A stretch of DNA of 64,000 nucleotides from a virus (IMGVR_UViG_3300029969_000011); one strand, 5' to 3'. Positions 1 through 9,740 are shown, counted from the stretch's first letter. Program-made: numbers and translations. The notes: a model not told the origin generated them from the sequence alone.

Positions 1-72
1 TTTCTATATATATTATATCATAATATATAAAAAAAGTCAAAGAATTTTTAGTTCTTTGACTCTCAAAATCAG

Positions 73-708
73 TTATGTGAACTCAATATCATAGATTTTC
101 TTGGAGAATTTATGTCTCTTAAAGGTAATATGACCGCCGATTTCAAGTCTTTCCCAGTCTCCCTCTGATATTTTATAGGTCTGATATTCTCCTTCCTCAT
201 CTACTCCGATAACTTCGTACCATTTATCTGTGCCGCGGCGCCGCTTATCTCCGAGTTGAGGGTTGTCAACATCATATGGAAGGTCGCAAGGCTTTTCGCA
301 AGGAGTAGACCCCTCTAATCCGCTATTATCTATTGAGCCATTGTTGCACCATTCATTAGTCTTGTAATGATAGCGGGTAGTATAGTAATACTCATAATGA
401 TACTTCTCAGAATGATAGTGTCCATCTGAGTCTGTGTATGCAGACTTGTCAACTACCTTCTTCTGATGTCGTATTTGTTCTGTCCAAATATCATATGCAT
501 CTGCTGGCGGCCACCATTCAGATGTATGTGAGCAAGCTTTATAGCGTTGTACAGGTATATCCCAGTTCCAACGCAGATGCTCGATTGTCATTGAACCTGT
601 GACTGGTATGGAGAGAAATATGATAATACTCGCAAGTATAGTTATAGCTATTGCTCCGATACAGCCCTCTTCGTGGTCGTAATAAAACTCTTTAATACGC
701 TCTATCAT
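73..708 (-). CDS. hypothetical membrane protein (N-terminal TM helix)
   Basis: 211-aa ORF; hydrophobic N-terminus GAIAITILASIIIFLSIPVTG; tiles with neighbouring minus-strand ORFs. Confidence 0.45.
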   Translation of the reverse strand: MIERIKEFYYDHEEGCIGAIAITILASIIIFLSIPVTGSMTIEHLRWNWDIPVQRYKACSHTSEWWPPADAYDIWTEQIRHQKKVVDKSAYTDSDGHYHSEKYHYEYYYTTRYHYKTNEWCNNGSIDNSGLEGSTPCEKPCDLPYDVDNPQLGDKRRRGTDKWYEVIGVDEEGEYQTYKISEGDWERLEIGGHITFKRHKFSKKIYDIEFT

Positions 709-1016
709 AGCTTATTGTATCCTTTCTCTTGATGCTCCGCCGCCAAGTCAAGAAGAGACTGCGGAGCGACTCGTCCCTCTTTCTCATAGTACCTGTTAAT
801 TTGTGCTGGTCTTGCGATAAGAGTTGTGACCAGCCTGTTTGTGATTGCATTATAGATGATAATGATGCCAGTATCGGTTACGCAATGTATCTCAGGACCG
901 TCTTTATGACCTCTATCCCAGTAGAACTTTTCAATAACATTGCCATAACCGATGACATCGTGGATGAACTTCTCGCGTGAGCTACGCTCATTTTTATAAT
1001 GGCTTGTTCTCTCCAT
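705..1016 (-). CDS. hypothetical protein
   Basis: 103-aa ORF, 4-nt overlap with downstream gene, same strand as operon. Confidence 0.4.
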   Translation of the reverse strand: MERTSHYKNERSSREKFIHDVIGYGNVIEKFYWDRGHKDGPEIHCVTDTGIIIIYNAITNRLVTTLIARPAQINRYYEKEGRVAPQSLLDLAAEHQEKGYNKL

Positions 1017-1317
1017 TTCTTATAAGCTCCTCTCTGTAAGGACATCCTTCGCAAGTATCTGTGTTACATTCGCCGCACCAAGCGTTTGCAGGAATAGGAT
1101 TTTCAATGGGCATATTTTCATAAGGCTTTTTAAGTTCTCTTTCCATAAACTCTTCGTCCTCCTTCTGTACTCTCTTAAACTCTGCGATTACTTTTTCGCT
1201 AAAACCTTGGAATGGTCTGTACTCATATTTGCACCCCTCACAAGTGCTGGCACCGCATTCGCCGCACCAAACACCAAGAGCGTTCCAACCTATTCCATCT
1301 TTGTGTAAGCCACTCAT
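994..1317 (-). CDS. Cys-rich zinc-ribbon protein (two CGEC...CEGC motifs)
   Basis: 107-aa ORF with duplicated CxxC-x-CxxC modules. Confidence 0.45.
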   Translation of the reverse strand: MSGLHKDGIGWNALGVWCGECGASTCEGCKYEYRPFQGFSEKVIAEFKRVQKEDEEFMERELKKPYENMPIENPIPANAWCGECNTDTCEGCPYREELIRNGENKPL

Positions 1318-1658
1318 TCCATTTCCTCCATTTCCTTTTCAAGGAGCTTCTTGAACTCCATAACTCTCTGAATGTACCAAGGCTCCTCCATAGTCTTCTC
1401 GATAAGCTCCTTGTTATTCTCAATCCACTCAACGCACTGGCGGCGAGTCTTCTGGATAGTAATGCAAGTACCAGAGTAGAGGTCTGTTGCCGCCCACTTA
1501 GTCCAGCCTGCACGCTTAGTGCAAATCTTGTGGAAACCGATTGTGTAGTCGTCATTTGCCCAACCAGAGACAATCTTAATGGGCTTTTCAGCCTTGTCTA
1601 TAAGTCTGATTGGGAATGTGTGCATATGAAAACCCATTAAGATACCTCCTTTAATCAA
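1314..1658 (-). CDS. hypothetical protein
   Basis: 114-aa ORF tiling between 994..1317 and 1651..2502; alternative-frame ORFs 1212..1640/1238..1573 rejected. Confidence 0.4.
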   Translation of the reverse strand: MIKGGILMGFHMHTFPIRLIDKAEKPIKIVSGWANDDYTIGFHKICTKRAGWTKWAATDLYSGTCITIQKTRRQCVEWIENNKELIEKTMEEPWYIQRVMEFKKLLEKEMEEME

Positions 1659-2502
1659 TCCATTTAAGTAAAATCTGACAATGCGTATTGTCTACGAGGT
1701 CTATGTCGAAGTCCTCCTTAACCTTTTCCTTTACGAAAGGAAGGATATACTGTCTTGCATAGACGATTTCATAGTTGCCGTTCTCGATTATTTTATTGAG
1801 TAAGTCCTCAAAGTAGATTGGGAAATAGTTTTCTCTTACTTCTCTCTCCCAGTTCTCGATATAACGATACTTCATAAGGAAGTGAAGAACGTCTTTATTT
1901 TCAACTTCACAGCTTCTTTCATCTGCATCATAGCCGTTATGAACAAGGAAATTCTGCCACTGTTTTGTATCAAACTCGTGTATTTTATCATAATACTTGT
2001 TCCAATATTCATTACGGAAATTATGAATACCGCTCTGTGTATGTTCTACTATTGGGTTAACAAGATTTACAGACCTGTCAACCATCATATCTCTGATAGC
2101 GATATACTTATAGTTATCATTAAGAACGTGATTCCAGAAGTCATCAATTTCCTCATCAGTGCAGTAAGAATAAACCTCGTGGATAACGCTACTAAGATTA
2201 AGGAGATAATTCTCTTTTACTTGAACTCCTCCAAGGTTTACTGCCGCCTTCATAAAAGGACAGTTTGTTAATGCCCTGTCGAGCATCTTCTCGTTATTAT
2301 CGACTCCGATGAATTTAACGTTCTCATTATGCTGAAGATACAACTGCTGATAAGCTTTGTCGATAAGTGCTCCGTCAGCACAACCGAAGTCAACAACTGC
2401 GTCTATCTTTTCATTTTCAAGAAGTGGTATCCAGAACAGTTTGTCGTCAAGCGACTTCTGCATACCTTCTATATATGTTGTATAATTATCAATAGCTGTC
2501 AT
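1651..2502 (-). CDS. class I SAM-dependent methyltransferase
   Basis: 283 aa; motif I VVDFGCADGALID (DxGxGxG-like); preceded by consensus promoter. Confidence 0.55.
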   Translation of the reverse strand: MTAIDNYTTYIEGMQKSLDDKLFWIPLLENEKIDAVVDFGCADGALIDKAYQQLYLQHNENVKFIGVDNNEKMLDRALTNCPFMKAAVNLGGVQVKENYLLNLSSVIHEVYSYCTDEEIDDFWNHVLNDNYKYIAIRDMMVDRSVNLVNPIVEHTQSGIHNFRNEYWNKYYDKIHEFDTKQWQNFLVHNGYDADERSCEVENKDVLHFLMKYRYIENWEREVRENYFPIYFEDLLNKIIENGNYEIVYARQYILPFVKEKVKEDFDIDLVDNTHCQILLKWID

Positions 2503-2534
2503 TTAACATCTTTCCTTTCATCTTTTCTATATAT

Positions 2535-2563
2535 ATTATAACATAAAATATAAAAAATGTCAA
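2535..2563 (-). promoter_or_regulatory. σ70 consensus promoter (TTGACA 2558-2563, 17-bp spacer, TATAAT 2535-2540, read on minus strand)
   Basis: Reverse complement of 2535-2563 reads TTGACA-17 nt-TATAAT; one instance of the repeated intergenic cassette. Confidence 0.6.
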
Positions 2564-2608
2564 ATTTTTATTAAAAAGAAAAGGAGCATTACTGCTCCTT
2601 TCTCTCTT

Positions 2609-3055
2609 TTATTCTCCCTTATTTCTTGCGTCTACTGGAATGTCATCGACAGAAGGTATGTCCTCAATAACATCAAAGTCATTGCAGGCATATTCATTCC
2701 ACCAGTTTGTCCACTTATTATTAGCCCAATACTGAGCATCAGTTAAATCGCTATTATATTTCTCGACCTCATCCCAAAGGTTAGGGTCTTCAGCACCATT
2801 TTCCCAAAGCGTTATACGAGCTGACAGTCCTCTATAGCGACTATCCCACTCTTTATAAGAAGTTTCATAACCACTTTTTGACCTTTCTGTTGCCGCAGTA
2901 CCTGCTAATGCTATCGTGCCGCCGCCTCCTATGAAGAGACAAAGTATTACCATCCAAGCTCCAGCATCTGGTATCCAATCGGTTAATGAAGATGGAAGGA
3001 GAAGACCTAAAAGTCCGATAGCTAACATTGATATTAATATAATTCCGAGTATCAT
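2609..3055 (-). CDS. membrane protein, tandem paralog 1
   Basis: 148 aa; N-terminal TM; shares YK[EK]WD[ST]R...LWE[NQ]G..D..L...........L.D[AE]QYW[AS].N.WTNW[WF]N[ED].AC..FD motif with 3057..3485. Confidence 0.5.
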   Translation of the reverse strand: MILGIILISMLAIGLLGLLLPSSLTDWIPDAGAWMVILCLFIGGGGTIALAGTAATERSKSGYETSYKEWDSRYRGLSARITLWENGAEDPNLWDEVEKYNSDLTDAQYWANNKWTNWWNEYACNDFDVIEDIPSVDDIPVDARNKGE

Positions 3056-3056
3056 A

Positions 3057-3485
3057 TTATTCCTCGCTTTCTATCATATTCTTTGGTATTTCAATCTTAT
3101 CAAAATGCTGACAAGCGCTGTCATTAAACCAGTTTGTCCAAAGATTAGAGCTCCAGTATTGCTCATCTACAAGCTCTACGTTGAAATTTGTTATGTCGCT
3201 GAAAAGAGTATTGTCTGCATTGCCCTGTTCCCACAGGTCTATTCTTTCTTCCAGTGCCGCGCGTCTGGTATCCCACTTTTTATACGAGTTGTCATACTGA
3301 CACTGTTCTATGGGAATTGCAAAAGCACAAATTGCACTTGCTCCAATGCCGCATATACAAAGCAGCTGAGCAAATAGAGCCACTCCAAAATGGTTGTCAA
3401 AATAGCAACGGTCCTTCTTTAAACCTATCACTCTTATAACATAGGCAATAATGATTGCGCTTATAAAGATTAACATAAGTATCAT
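3057..3485 (-). CDS. membrane protein, tandem paralog 2
   Basis: 142 aa; paralogous to 2609..3055. Confidence 0.5.
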   Translation of the reverse strand: MILMLIFISAIIIAYVIRVIGLKKDRCYFDNHFGVALFAQLLCICGIGASAICAFAIPIEQCQYDNSYKKWDTRRAALEERIDLWEQGNADNTLFSDITNFNVELVDEQYWSSNLWTNWFNDSACQHFDKIEIPKNMIESEE

Positions 3486-3487
3486 AA

Positions 3488-3943
3488 TTAGTCCTCCTTA
3501 ATAGATGTTCCTCTTATATCTGACATAAACATAACATACTGGTCAATAACTTCCTGCAAAAATTCATTTGCAGAAACTTCTTCCCATTCTTTTTCCCATT
3601 CCTTTACAGGGTCTTCTGCTTCACAAGCCTTTGAGAAAATAGTATCTATCTCAACTGTTGGTACAGATGGGCCGCCATTATCATTGTCCATAGAAGTCTT
3701 GAGCACAGGAATCTGAAACTCATTAAATGAGACACCAAGTGCTCTATATACTTCAAATGGCACAGAATAAACGAATACTACTCGATTGTCTTTACGATTA
3801 CGATAAGCTTTACCAACTAAAGGCTTTAATCTTTCTTTCTGTATCTCGCGTCTCTGTTCTGAAAGATGAAAAAGCTCACTGTTAATCCTTATTGACTCTT
3901 CATTGAGTTCGTGATATTTTTCTTTTATCTCTTTTAATGTCAT
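3488..3943 (-). CDS. hypothetical protein
   Basis: 151-aa ORF. Confidence 0.45.
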   Translation of the reverse strand: MTLKEIKEKYHELNEESIRINSELFHLSEQRREIQKERLKPLVGKAYRNRKDNRVVFVYSVPFEVYRALGVSFNEFQIPVLKTSMDNDNGGPSVPTVEIDTIFSKACEAEDPVKEWEKEWEEVSANEFLQEVIDQYVMFMSDIRGTSIKED

Positions 3944-3955
3944 ATTGTTTCCTCC

Positions 3956-4327
3956 TTACCACCAAACAAGGTTATAAAATTCTTCTGGAAATGTGCCGTC
4001 AGCGAACTTTTTATCTGCTATCTCAGTTATCTTCTTAGCAAGATAATTTATTCTATCAGCATCTTTTTCGCCTTCTTCTGCATACTCTTCGCTGTCAAAA
4101 TAAAAGGTATCACTATCGCATCTTTCAAAAGACTCATTACCATACATCTGAGCATAATTTCTCCATACGATGTCACCGATAATCTCAATGTCTCTTGCCT
4201 GAGCTTCAGTAAGCTGTACGTGCTCATACCAAATCTGTCTATGATTTGGCAGCCCCATTTCCTCACAGAATATATCTGTCAAATCGCGGCAATCTATTAC
4301 TGGTATATTTTTAAATGACTCATGCAT
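3956..4327 (-). CDS. hypothetical protein
   Basis: ORF 3956..4390 trimmed to internal ATG (4327) preceded by GGAGAG RBS to avoid 70-nt overlap. Confidence 0.4.
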   Translation of the reverse strand: MHESFKNIPVIDCRDLTDIFCEEMGLPNHRQIWYEHVQLTEAQARDIEIIGDIVWRNYAQMYGNESFERCDSDTFYFDSEEYAEEGEKDADRINYLAKKITEIADKKFADGTFPEEFYNLVWW

Positions 4328-4898
4328 TAGCTTCTCTCTCCTTCTCATCAATAATATAATGAATAACATTGTAAGCTTCGGGCCAGCCATATACGTGACC
4401 TACGCGTTCATCATCTTCATTCCAAGGATAACCCATACAAAGTGGAGTATATGAAATATCTCCCACAAGATTATCCATACAATCGTCAAGTAATATGTCA
4501 AGTTTGAGAAGTTGCTTCTGACGAATGTTTATAGTGTGACTTTCAACATATCCTTCAGGGAAGAAGCTAAGATTACGAGATAAGTGCTTAATCTTTTTGC
4601 GTAAATTCTCAGGCAAAGAACTGGTTACAAAGTAAATTTCGTGTCCCTCTTGGTAAAGTTTCTTAATATACTTCTTTGCATACTTGATAAGTTTAACCTT
4701 TTTCCACATATACTTAGACTCAAAGGCTTCCTTAACAAGACGAGAATAGCCGACTGGCAAATTTTTCTCCAGCCAATACTCCTTTACATCATCAATTTTT
4801 AAATTGAGATTTGGTATTCTCTCGTTTAAATACTCGATAACTGCTTCAGTAGTATTAACAACTACATTATCGAGGTCTATACCGATTTTTAATGTCAT
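4320..4898 (-). CDS. HAD-superfamily 5'(3')-deoxyribonucleotidase-like protein
   Basis: 192 aa; N-terminal IGIDLDNVV matches HAD motif I (DxDx[TV]). Confidence 0.45.
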   Translation of the reverse strand: MTLKIGIDLDNVVVNTTEAVIEYLNERIPNLNLKIDDVKEYWLEKNLPVGYSRLVKEAFESKYMWKKVKLIKYAKKYIKKLYQEGHEIYFVTSSLPENLRKKIKHLSRNLSFFPEGYVESHTINIRQKQLLKLDILLDDCMDNLVGDISYTPLCMGYPWNEDDERVGHVYGWPEAYNVIHYIIDEKEREANA

Positions 4899-5284
4899 TC
4901 ATTATCCTCCTCTACAGGGACCCACATTGTCTTAGTTACTTCCTTATATTCGCACTTTTCCGCCACTTGAGCATCATACTCAGGAATACCATAGCTATCA
5001 TGATAAGCAAAGGTCATCATATAGTTTTCATTATCTTCAATTTCAAAGATATAATCTCGCCAGATATATCCGTGGTCGAAGTATTCACCATCTTGACTCT
5101 CATAAGGAAAGACCTCGTAGTTAAAGAGTACAGCAATTTCATCAGAAGTAATCGTTATTCCTGACCTGAACTTCTCCTTTAATCTTGAAGCTATATACTC
5201 CATTTCCTTATTGGCTTCTTCCTCATTATTATTGACCCTATAATTATTGTAATTTTCAATTAACTCCGCATAATCGTATCCCAT
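4895..5284 (-). CDS. hypothetical acidic protein
   Basis: 129-aa ORF. Confidence 0.4.
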   Translation of the reverse strand: MGYDYAELIENYNNYRVNNNEEEANKEMEYIASRLKEKFRSGITITSDEIAVLFNYEVFPYESQDGEYFDHGYIWRDYIFEIEDNENYMMTFAYHDSYGIPEYDAQVAEKCEYKEVTKTMWVPVEEDNE

Positions 5285-5285
5285 T

Positions 5286-5951
5286 TTAATCCTCCTTATT
5301 TAACCTATTCTTTAAACAGAACTTATCATAAAGCAAATCTATCTTCGCAATATCTCGCTGTGTTAATATTGAAAATGTATGTGCTTTATAATGAAGATTA
5401 GCTATCTTTTGTGCCCCTGTCATCGCCTTTATATCAACAGGACGATGGCGTTTATCATATATAAATATTAAGTCCTCTTTGATAATTTCAAAGACAATGG
5501 TATCACATATCTTACGGTTCTGCGGCGCGCCATTCTTTCTGAGAGTTCCGACCTCGACGCCGCCGTAGCGATTTATAATGTTACGATAAAGCTTGACTGC
5601 TTCTTCATTATCTGCATAACAACGCCACTCGGCACTTTCGATGCCATACTTCAAGAACATATCCTTGAACATCTGAATAGCATCTTTCATAAAGGTTCTG
5701 TTGTGCTTTCTGAAAGCCATCAGTCCGAAGTTCATTGCACGCTTTGAGGGTTCATATACCCAGTATGAGAAGAAACCGACTACTTCTCCCTGTTCATTGA
5801 CAGAAACAAACTGATACTGATTATCGGGTTTGTCTGCTATATCAGGTATGCCAGGGGTAGTATCATAATAATACATATAATCTGGGTCATACCAAGTCTC
5901 AGCAATCTTTTCCTTTAGCTGAGCTTCATATAATATTGCAGGTTTAATCAT
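5286..5951 (-). CDS. hypothetical protein
   Basis: ORF 5286..6020 trimmed to ATG 5951 with AGGAAGGAGA RBS. Confidence 0.4.
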   Translation of the reverse strand: MIKPAILYEAQLKEKIAETWYDPDYMYYYDTTPGIPDIADKPDNQYQFVSVNEQGEVVGFFSYWVYEPSKRAMNFGLMAFRKHNRTFMKDAIQMFKDMFLKYGIESAEWRCYADNEEAVKLYRNIINRYGGVEVGTLRKNGAPQNRKICDTIVFEIIKEDLIFIYDKRHRPVDIKAMTGAQKIANLHYKAHTFSILTQRDIAKIDLLYDKFCLKNRLNKED

Positions 5952-5965
5952 TTTATTCTCCTTCC

Positions 5966-6154
5966 TTATTTCAAAAAGAATTGTACGAAATCGAAGTTTA
6001 TCTTTAAACACTCCTTGCATAGATGCACTTCTTTATGTTCTACCAAAAACAGACCTCTCTTTGGGTAGAGAACTATTCTATTATCAGTATGTTCACTATA
6101 TGAGATTTTCTTTTTACATCTATCGCAATAATATTCTATAGTTTCCTTTTTCAT
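5966..6154 (-). CDS. small C4 zinc-ribbon protein
   Basis: CDRC...CKEC; start at ATG 6152-6154 with GAGGGCGG RBS. Confidence 0.35.
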   Translation of the reverse strand: MKKETIEYYCDRCKKKISYSEHTDNRIVLYPKRGLFLVEHKEVHLCKECLKINFDFVQFFLK

Positions 6155-6387
6155 TAGCCGCCCTCGTTTTTCTTTCTTAAATAAAACTCGAAGCCGCAGT
6201 TGCAAACAAATCCTTTGTATAAGATTCCTGCTCGCGGCGGCGCAAATATAACGAACTTCATCCAGTGCTTTGGACATTTATACCGTCCGCTATTGCCATC
6301 ATCATTGGCATTTGCAACGTGTACTCTAAAGAAAGAACCAAGTTCGTCAAGCTCTTCCTTTGTAAAACTATATGTCTTGTCAACCAT
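6154..6387 (-). CDS. hypothetical Cys-containing protein
   Basis: 77-aa ORF. Confidence 0.35.
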   Translation of the reverse strand: MVDKTYSFTKEELDELGSFFRVHVANANDDGNSGRYKCPKHWMKFVIFAPPRAGILYKGFVCNCGFEFYLRKKNEGG

Positions 6388-6813
6388 TTACTTCACCTCT
6401 GGCTTCTCCTTAAAGAACTTACGAATATTGAACCATTTGTTCTTAGTGATGTGCCCGATGTCAGTAATAATGCCGTCAGTGATTTTTATTCTGAGATACT
6501 TATTAGGTAAATCTTCCCACTTGTTTACACCGATTACCTTTAGAACTTCTCTTATCAGTTCATCGGTATAAGGATAGCTTATATATTCTGTTGGTCCAAG
6601 TGATGGAGTAGTGAAATGACCGAACTGAGTTGTGAAATCAGAGCAATAGTCTGGTGTTGAAAGAGAAGGGTGCGCGTCATCATAGAATATAGTTCTTATG
6701 TAAAAGAACAATGGCCCTGTGCCGTCGTAGAGACCAAGACAAGTGGACTCTATCTGTGCATTATAAATTCCGTCAACCATTACTTGTCCTCCTCGTTGAG
6801 GTACTTGATGCAC
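6388..6813 (-). CDS. hypothetical protein
   Basis: 141-aa ORF. Confidence 0.4.
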   Translation of the reverse strand: MHQVPQRGGQVMVDGIYNAQIESTCLGLYDGTGPLFFYIRTIFYDDAHPSLSTPDYCSDFTTQFGHFTTPSLGPTEYISYPYTDELIREVLKVIGVNKWEDLPNKYLRIKITDGIITDIGHITKNKWFNIRKFFKEKPEVK

Positions 6814-7349
6814 TCATCAACCTTTGCATTGAAATCCTCAATAACCTGCTCAATAGAAACAGGTGTGCAGTTATGTGCATCTGCCGCCACGTTGTACATA
6901 TAAGGTCTGTCCTCGAAGAACTTATCCTTGCTATGAGTGTGACCGAAGATGTTGATTACTGCTCTATGAGGGTCCTGCTCAAGACCTGCTGTGAGTGTAG
7001 GATAATGGCAGAGGAAGAATGTTCTCTTCTTGTACTTAAGACGGAGTGCGTCAGCAATCTCGACAATATTATCCCAGTTGTCATACTCATCAATCTTAGC
7101 AGGCGTATCGTGATTTCCTACAATAAGATGAATCCTGCCCTTCAGAGTGTAGAGAACGTCCTTAATGAACTCCCAATCTGTGCCGAGGAAGAAGTCTCCA
7201 ACAACATAGATGTCGTCCTCATCTGTAACAGTCTTATTCCAATTTTCAATGAGAGCCTTATGCATCTCATTAATGTTGCTGAACCCTCTCGGTCCAAATA
7301 CGAACTCTCGGTCATGACCAAAATGGCAATCGCTAATAAAATAAATCAT
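6780..7349 (-). CDS. calcineurin-like metallophosphoesterase
   Basis: MIYFISDCHFGHD...VVGDFF...GNHD motifs; start ATG 7349 with GGAGG RBS. Confidence 0.65.
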   Translation of the reverse strand: MIYFISDCHFGHDREFVFGPRGFSNINEMHKALIENWNKTVTDEDDIYVVGDFFLGTDWEFIKDVLYTLKGRIHLIVGNHDTPAKIDEYDNWDNIVEIADALRLKYKKRTFFLCHYPTLTAGLEQDPHRAVINIFGHTHSKDKFFEDRPYMYNVAADAHNCTPVSIEQVIEDFNAKVDECIKYLNEEDK

Positions 7350-7499
7350 TTTAATCCTCCTTTTCAACAGATGCCGCCTCAGCCTTGAACAGAAAAACCT
7401 GCTCACGCATTTCCTTATTAGCATCTTCTAACTTTTCAAAAGCCTTTATTCTTATCCACTTGTGATTAAATTTTGCATATACTACAAACATTATCTCAC

Positions 7500-7578
7500 T
7501 TCTTTCTCATTTTCTATATATATTATATCATAATATAAAAAAAAAGTCAAAGGTTTTTACGCCTTTGACTTTCATAAA
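7500..7578 (-). promoter_or_regulatory. fused intrinsic terminator + σ70 promoter cassette
   Basis: Minus-strand reads GAAAGTCAAAGGcgtaaaaaCCTTTGAC-T9 hairpin, then TGATATAAT extended -10. Confidence 0.6.
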
Positions 7579-9156
7579 TTAGTCTTCCTTCTTCTCGATT
7601 AACTTACTGCCGAGAACGCCACCGAGGATTGACTGAATGTCAATACCTGTTGAGCCCTTCAAGCCATCATTAACCTGATTGAGGGTTGTCATTATATCGC
7701 CTGTGAGCTTAGCTGTGTTACCTTCACCGTACATAGTGATTTTGTCAATCTGTGCCATAGGTGATGCGATTGCTCCAGCGATTGCAGGAAGCTGCTCGAA
7801 GTAAACCTTGAGTGCTTCAATCTGCATATCCATCTTAGCAGCGTCGCCGTACTGCTTCATAGCTTCAGCCTTCTTGAGGATACCCTCGGCTTCAGCCTCT
7901 GCCTTAGCAAGGAGAGCTGCCGCTTCAGCTTCACCCTTTGCCTTAATACCTGCTGCTTCAGCTTCCATAGCTGCCTGCTGTGCGAGAGCGGCTGCCTTAC
8001 GTGCCTCTGCCTTCTGCTGCTCTTCGTAAAGAGCTGCTTCTGCAGCGACCTTCTTAGCTTCTGCTTCACGCTCTGCCTGAACCTTCTGAGCCTCTGCCTG
8101 ACGCTCAATTTCGTTCTTCTTAGCTTCTGCTGACTTCTGACGCTCGAACAAGTCTGCTTCTGCCGCCTTCTGTGTTTCGATGAGACGAGCTTCAGCTTCC
8201 TGCTGTCTTGCGTACTTGTCTGCTTCTGCCTTCTTCTTGATTTCTGCTTCAAGAGCCTTCTCGGTGATGGCTACATTACGCTCCTTCAACTCGATTTCCT
8301 TTTCGAGCTTAGCAAGGTTTGCATCAGCGGTTGTAGTCTCAACAGTCTTACGCTGTTCCTGCTCCTGAATCTGGTATGCAGCGTCGGCTTCTGCCTTCTT
8401 GATGTCTGCCTGCTTCTTGAGTTCTGCCTTCTGAATAGCAAGCTCATTCTTCTTCTTAGCGATTTCTGTGTCTGCCGCAACCTGTGCATCGTTGGCATCC
8501 TTCTGTGCCTTAGCCTGAGCGATTGCGATTTCCTTTTCAGCATCTGCCTTAGCGATTGCCGCCTTCTTCTGAATCTTTACGGTATTGTCGATACCGAGGT
8601 TCTCGATAAGTCCCTGCTCATCAGAGAAATTCTGAACATTGAATGAAACAATTTCGAGACCCATAGCCCTGAAGTCAGGACCTGCATTTTCCGCAACCAT
8701 TTCTGCGAACTTCTTTCGGTCATTTACCATCTCTTCCAAGGTCATCTGACCGATGATTTCACGCATATTACCTTCAAGCACTTCTCGTGCTACCTTCGCG
8801 ATGTCTGTGACGTCCTTATTAAGGAAGTTCTCTGCCGCGATTGATAAAAGTTCTGGATTGCTGGATACCTTTACGTTTACATTACCATCAGCAATTACAT
8901 TGATGTAGTCTGCCGTTGGAACTGAGTTGGAAGTCTTTACGTCTATCTGAATTAACTGGAGAGTTAACTTATCCAATCTTTCGAGGAATGGAATCTTGAT
9001 AGATGACTTACCGATGACGGTCTTTTTACGAAGACCTGAGATGATGAATGCGGTGTCTGGCGGAGCCTTTACATAACCCGTCGCTATAATTACGATGAGT
9101 AAGATGATGGCGAGACCGCCGAGAATGAGTCCAAGATTAGCTAAAATTACTGACAT
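7579..9156 (-). CDS. flotillin-like SPFH/band-7 domain protein
   Basis: 525 aa; N-terminal TM, SPFH core, long Ala/Glu/Lys-rich coiled coil (EA repeats) typical of flotillin/YqiK. Confidence 0.65.
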   Translation of the reverse strand: MSVILANLGLILGGLAIILLIVIIATGYVKAPPDTAFIISGLRKKTVIGKSSIKIPFLERLDKLTLQLIQIDVKTSNSVPTADYINVIADGNVNVKVSSNPELLSIAAENFLNKDVTDIAKVAREVLEGNMREIIGQMTLEEMVNDRKKFAEMVAENAGPDFRAMGLEIVSFNVQNFSDEQGLIENLGIDNTVKIQKKAAIAKADAEKEIAIAQAKAQKDANDAQVAADTEIAKKKNELAIQKAELKKQADIKKAEADAAYQIQEQEQRKTVETTTADANLAKLEKEIELKERNVAITEKALEAEIKKKAEADKYARQQEAEARLIETQKAAEADLFERQKSAEAKKNEIERQAEAQKVQAEREAEAKKVAAEAALYEEQQKAEARKAAALAQQAAMEAEAAGIKAKGEAEAAALLAKAEAEAEGILKKAEAMKQYGDAAKMDMQIEALKVYFEQLPAIAGAIASPMAQIDKITMYGEGNTAKLTGDIMTTLNQVNDGLKGSTGIDIQSILGGVLGSKLIEKKED

Positions 9157-9183
9157 ATTTTTGTCCTCCTTAATATTTTAACA

Positions 9184-9363
9184 TCAGCCATCGCAGTGGT
9201 CTGGTGTTATTGTCAAGTTGCCTACGGCGAAGTTTCTCGCCACTCTGAGTGCCCGCTCTGTCTCTTCGAGCCGCTTTTCAAGTTCCCTTATATACGCGAC
9301 TGTTTGAGGCGGGCTGGTTTCAATCATTGTCTTGAGTTCCCAATCTGTTAACTTCTTATACAT
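9184..9363 (-). CDS. small hypothetical protein (59 aa)
   Basis: ATG 9361-9363, MYKKLTDWELK..., below ORF-track length cutoff. Confidence 0.3.
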   Translation of the reverse strand: MYKKLTDWELKTMIETSPPQTVAYIRELEKRLEETERALRVARNFAVGNLTITPDHCDG

Positions 9364-9541
9364 AGATTACATACACTCCATTCCTATGTTTTATTAGGTT
9401 TACTCTGCGTTGAGCATATTCAACCCATTGAGATTTATTTCCAACGGCGATGCCCTCAAAAAGAACATCGTCGTGAAAAGTCAAGCGGATACTTACTTCA
9501 GCGAAAGCTTCAAGAGCCGCTATTAGATTCTCCAGTGTCAT
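9356..9541 (-). CDS. hypothetical protein
   Basis: 61-aa ORF. Confidence 0.35.
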   Translation of the reverse strand: MTLENLIAALEAFAEVSIRLTFHDDVLFEGIAVGNKSQWVEYAQRRVNLIKHRNGVYVIYV

Positions 9542-9740
9542 TGTCGTACTCCTTTACGATTGTGACCATATCCTTATTAACGCCAGTCTTCATCACAAAG
9601 TCAGTAAGGATACCTTCGATAGTATTATCGAGTTCCTTTTCTGATTTAGCTGTAAGATATGTCCATGACTTATGCTCTGTATTGCCGCTGAGTCCTTCAG
9701 CGGAAGGAGCTGTGAATGTTACCTTTACATTAATATCCAT
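9510..9740 (-). CDS. hypothetical protein
   Basis: 76-aa ORF. Confidence 0.4.
   Translation of the reverse strand: MDINVKVTFTAPSAEGLSGNTEHKSWTYLTAKSEKELDNTIEGILTDFVMKTGVNKDMVTIVKEYDNDTGESNSGS

Noticed and set aside
1212-1640. ORFs 1212..1640(+) and 1238..1573(-)
   Set aside because: Overlap the better-supported tiling ORFs 994..1317 and 1314..1658, which sit in operon phase with RBSs.
7808-8543. ORFs 7808..8029(+), 7857..8252(-), 8180..8368(+), 8286..8543(-) inside the flotillin gene
   Set aside because: Alternative-frame or antisense artefacts of the GC-rich Ala/Glu/Lys codon repeat. Translations are low-complexity Arg/Ser/Leu strings.
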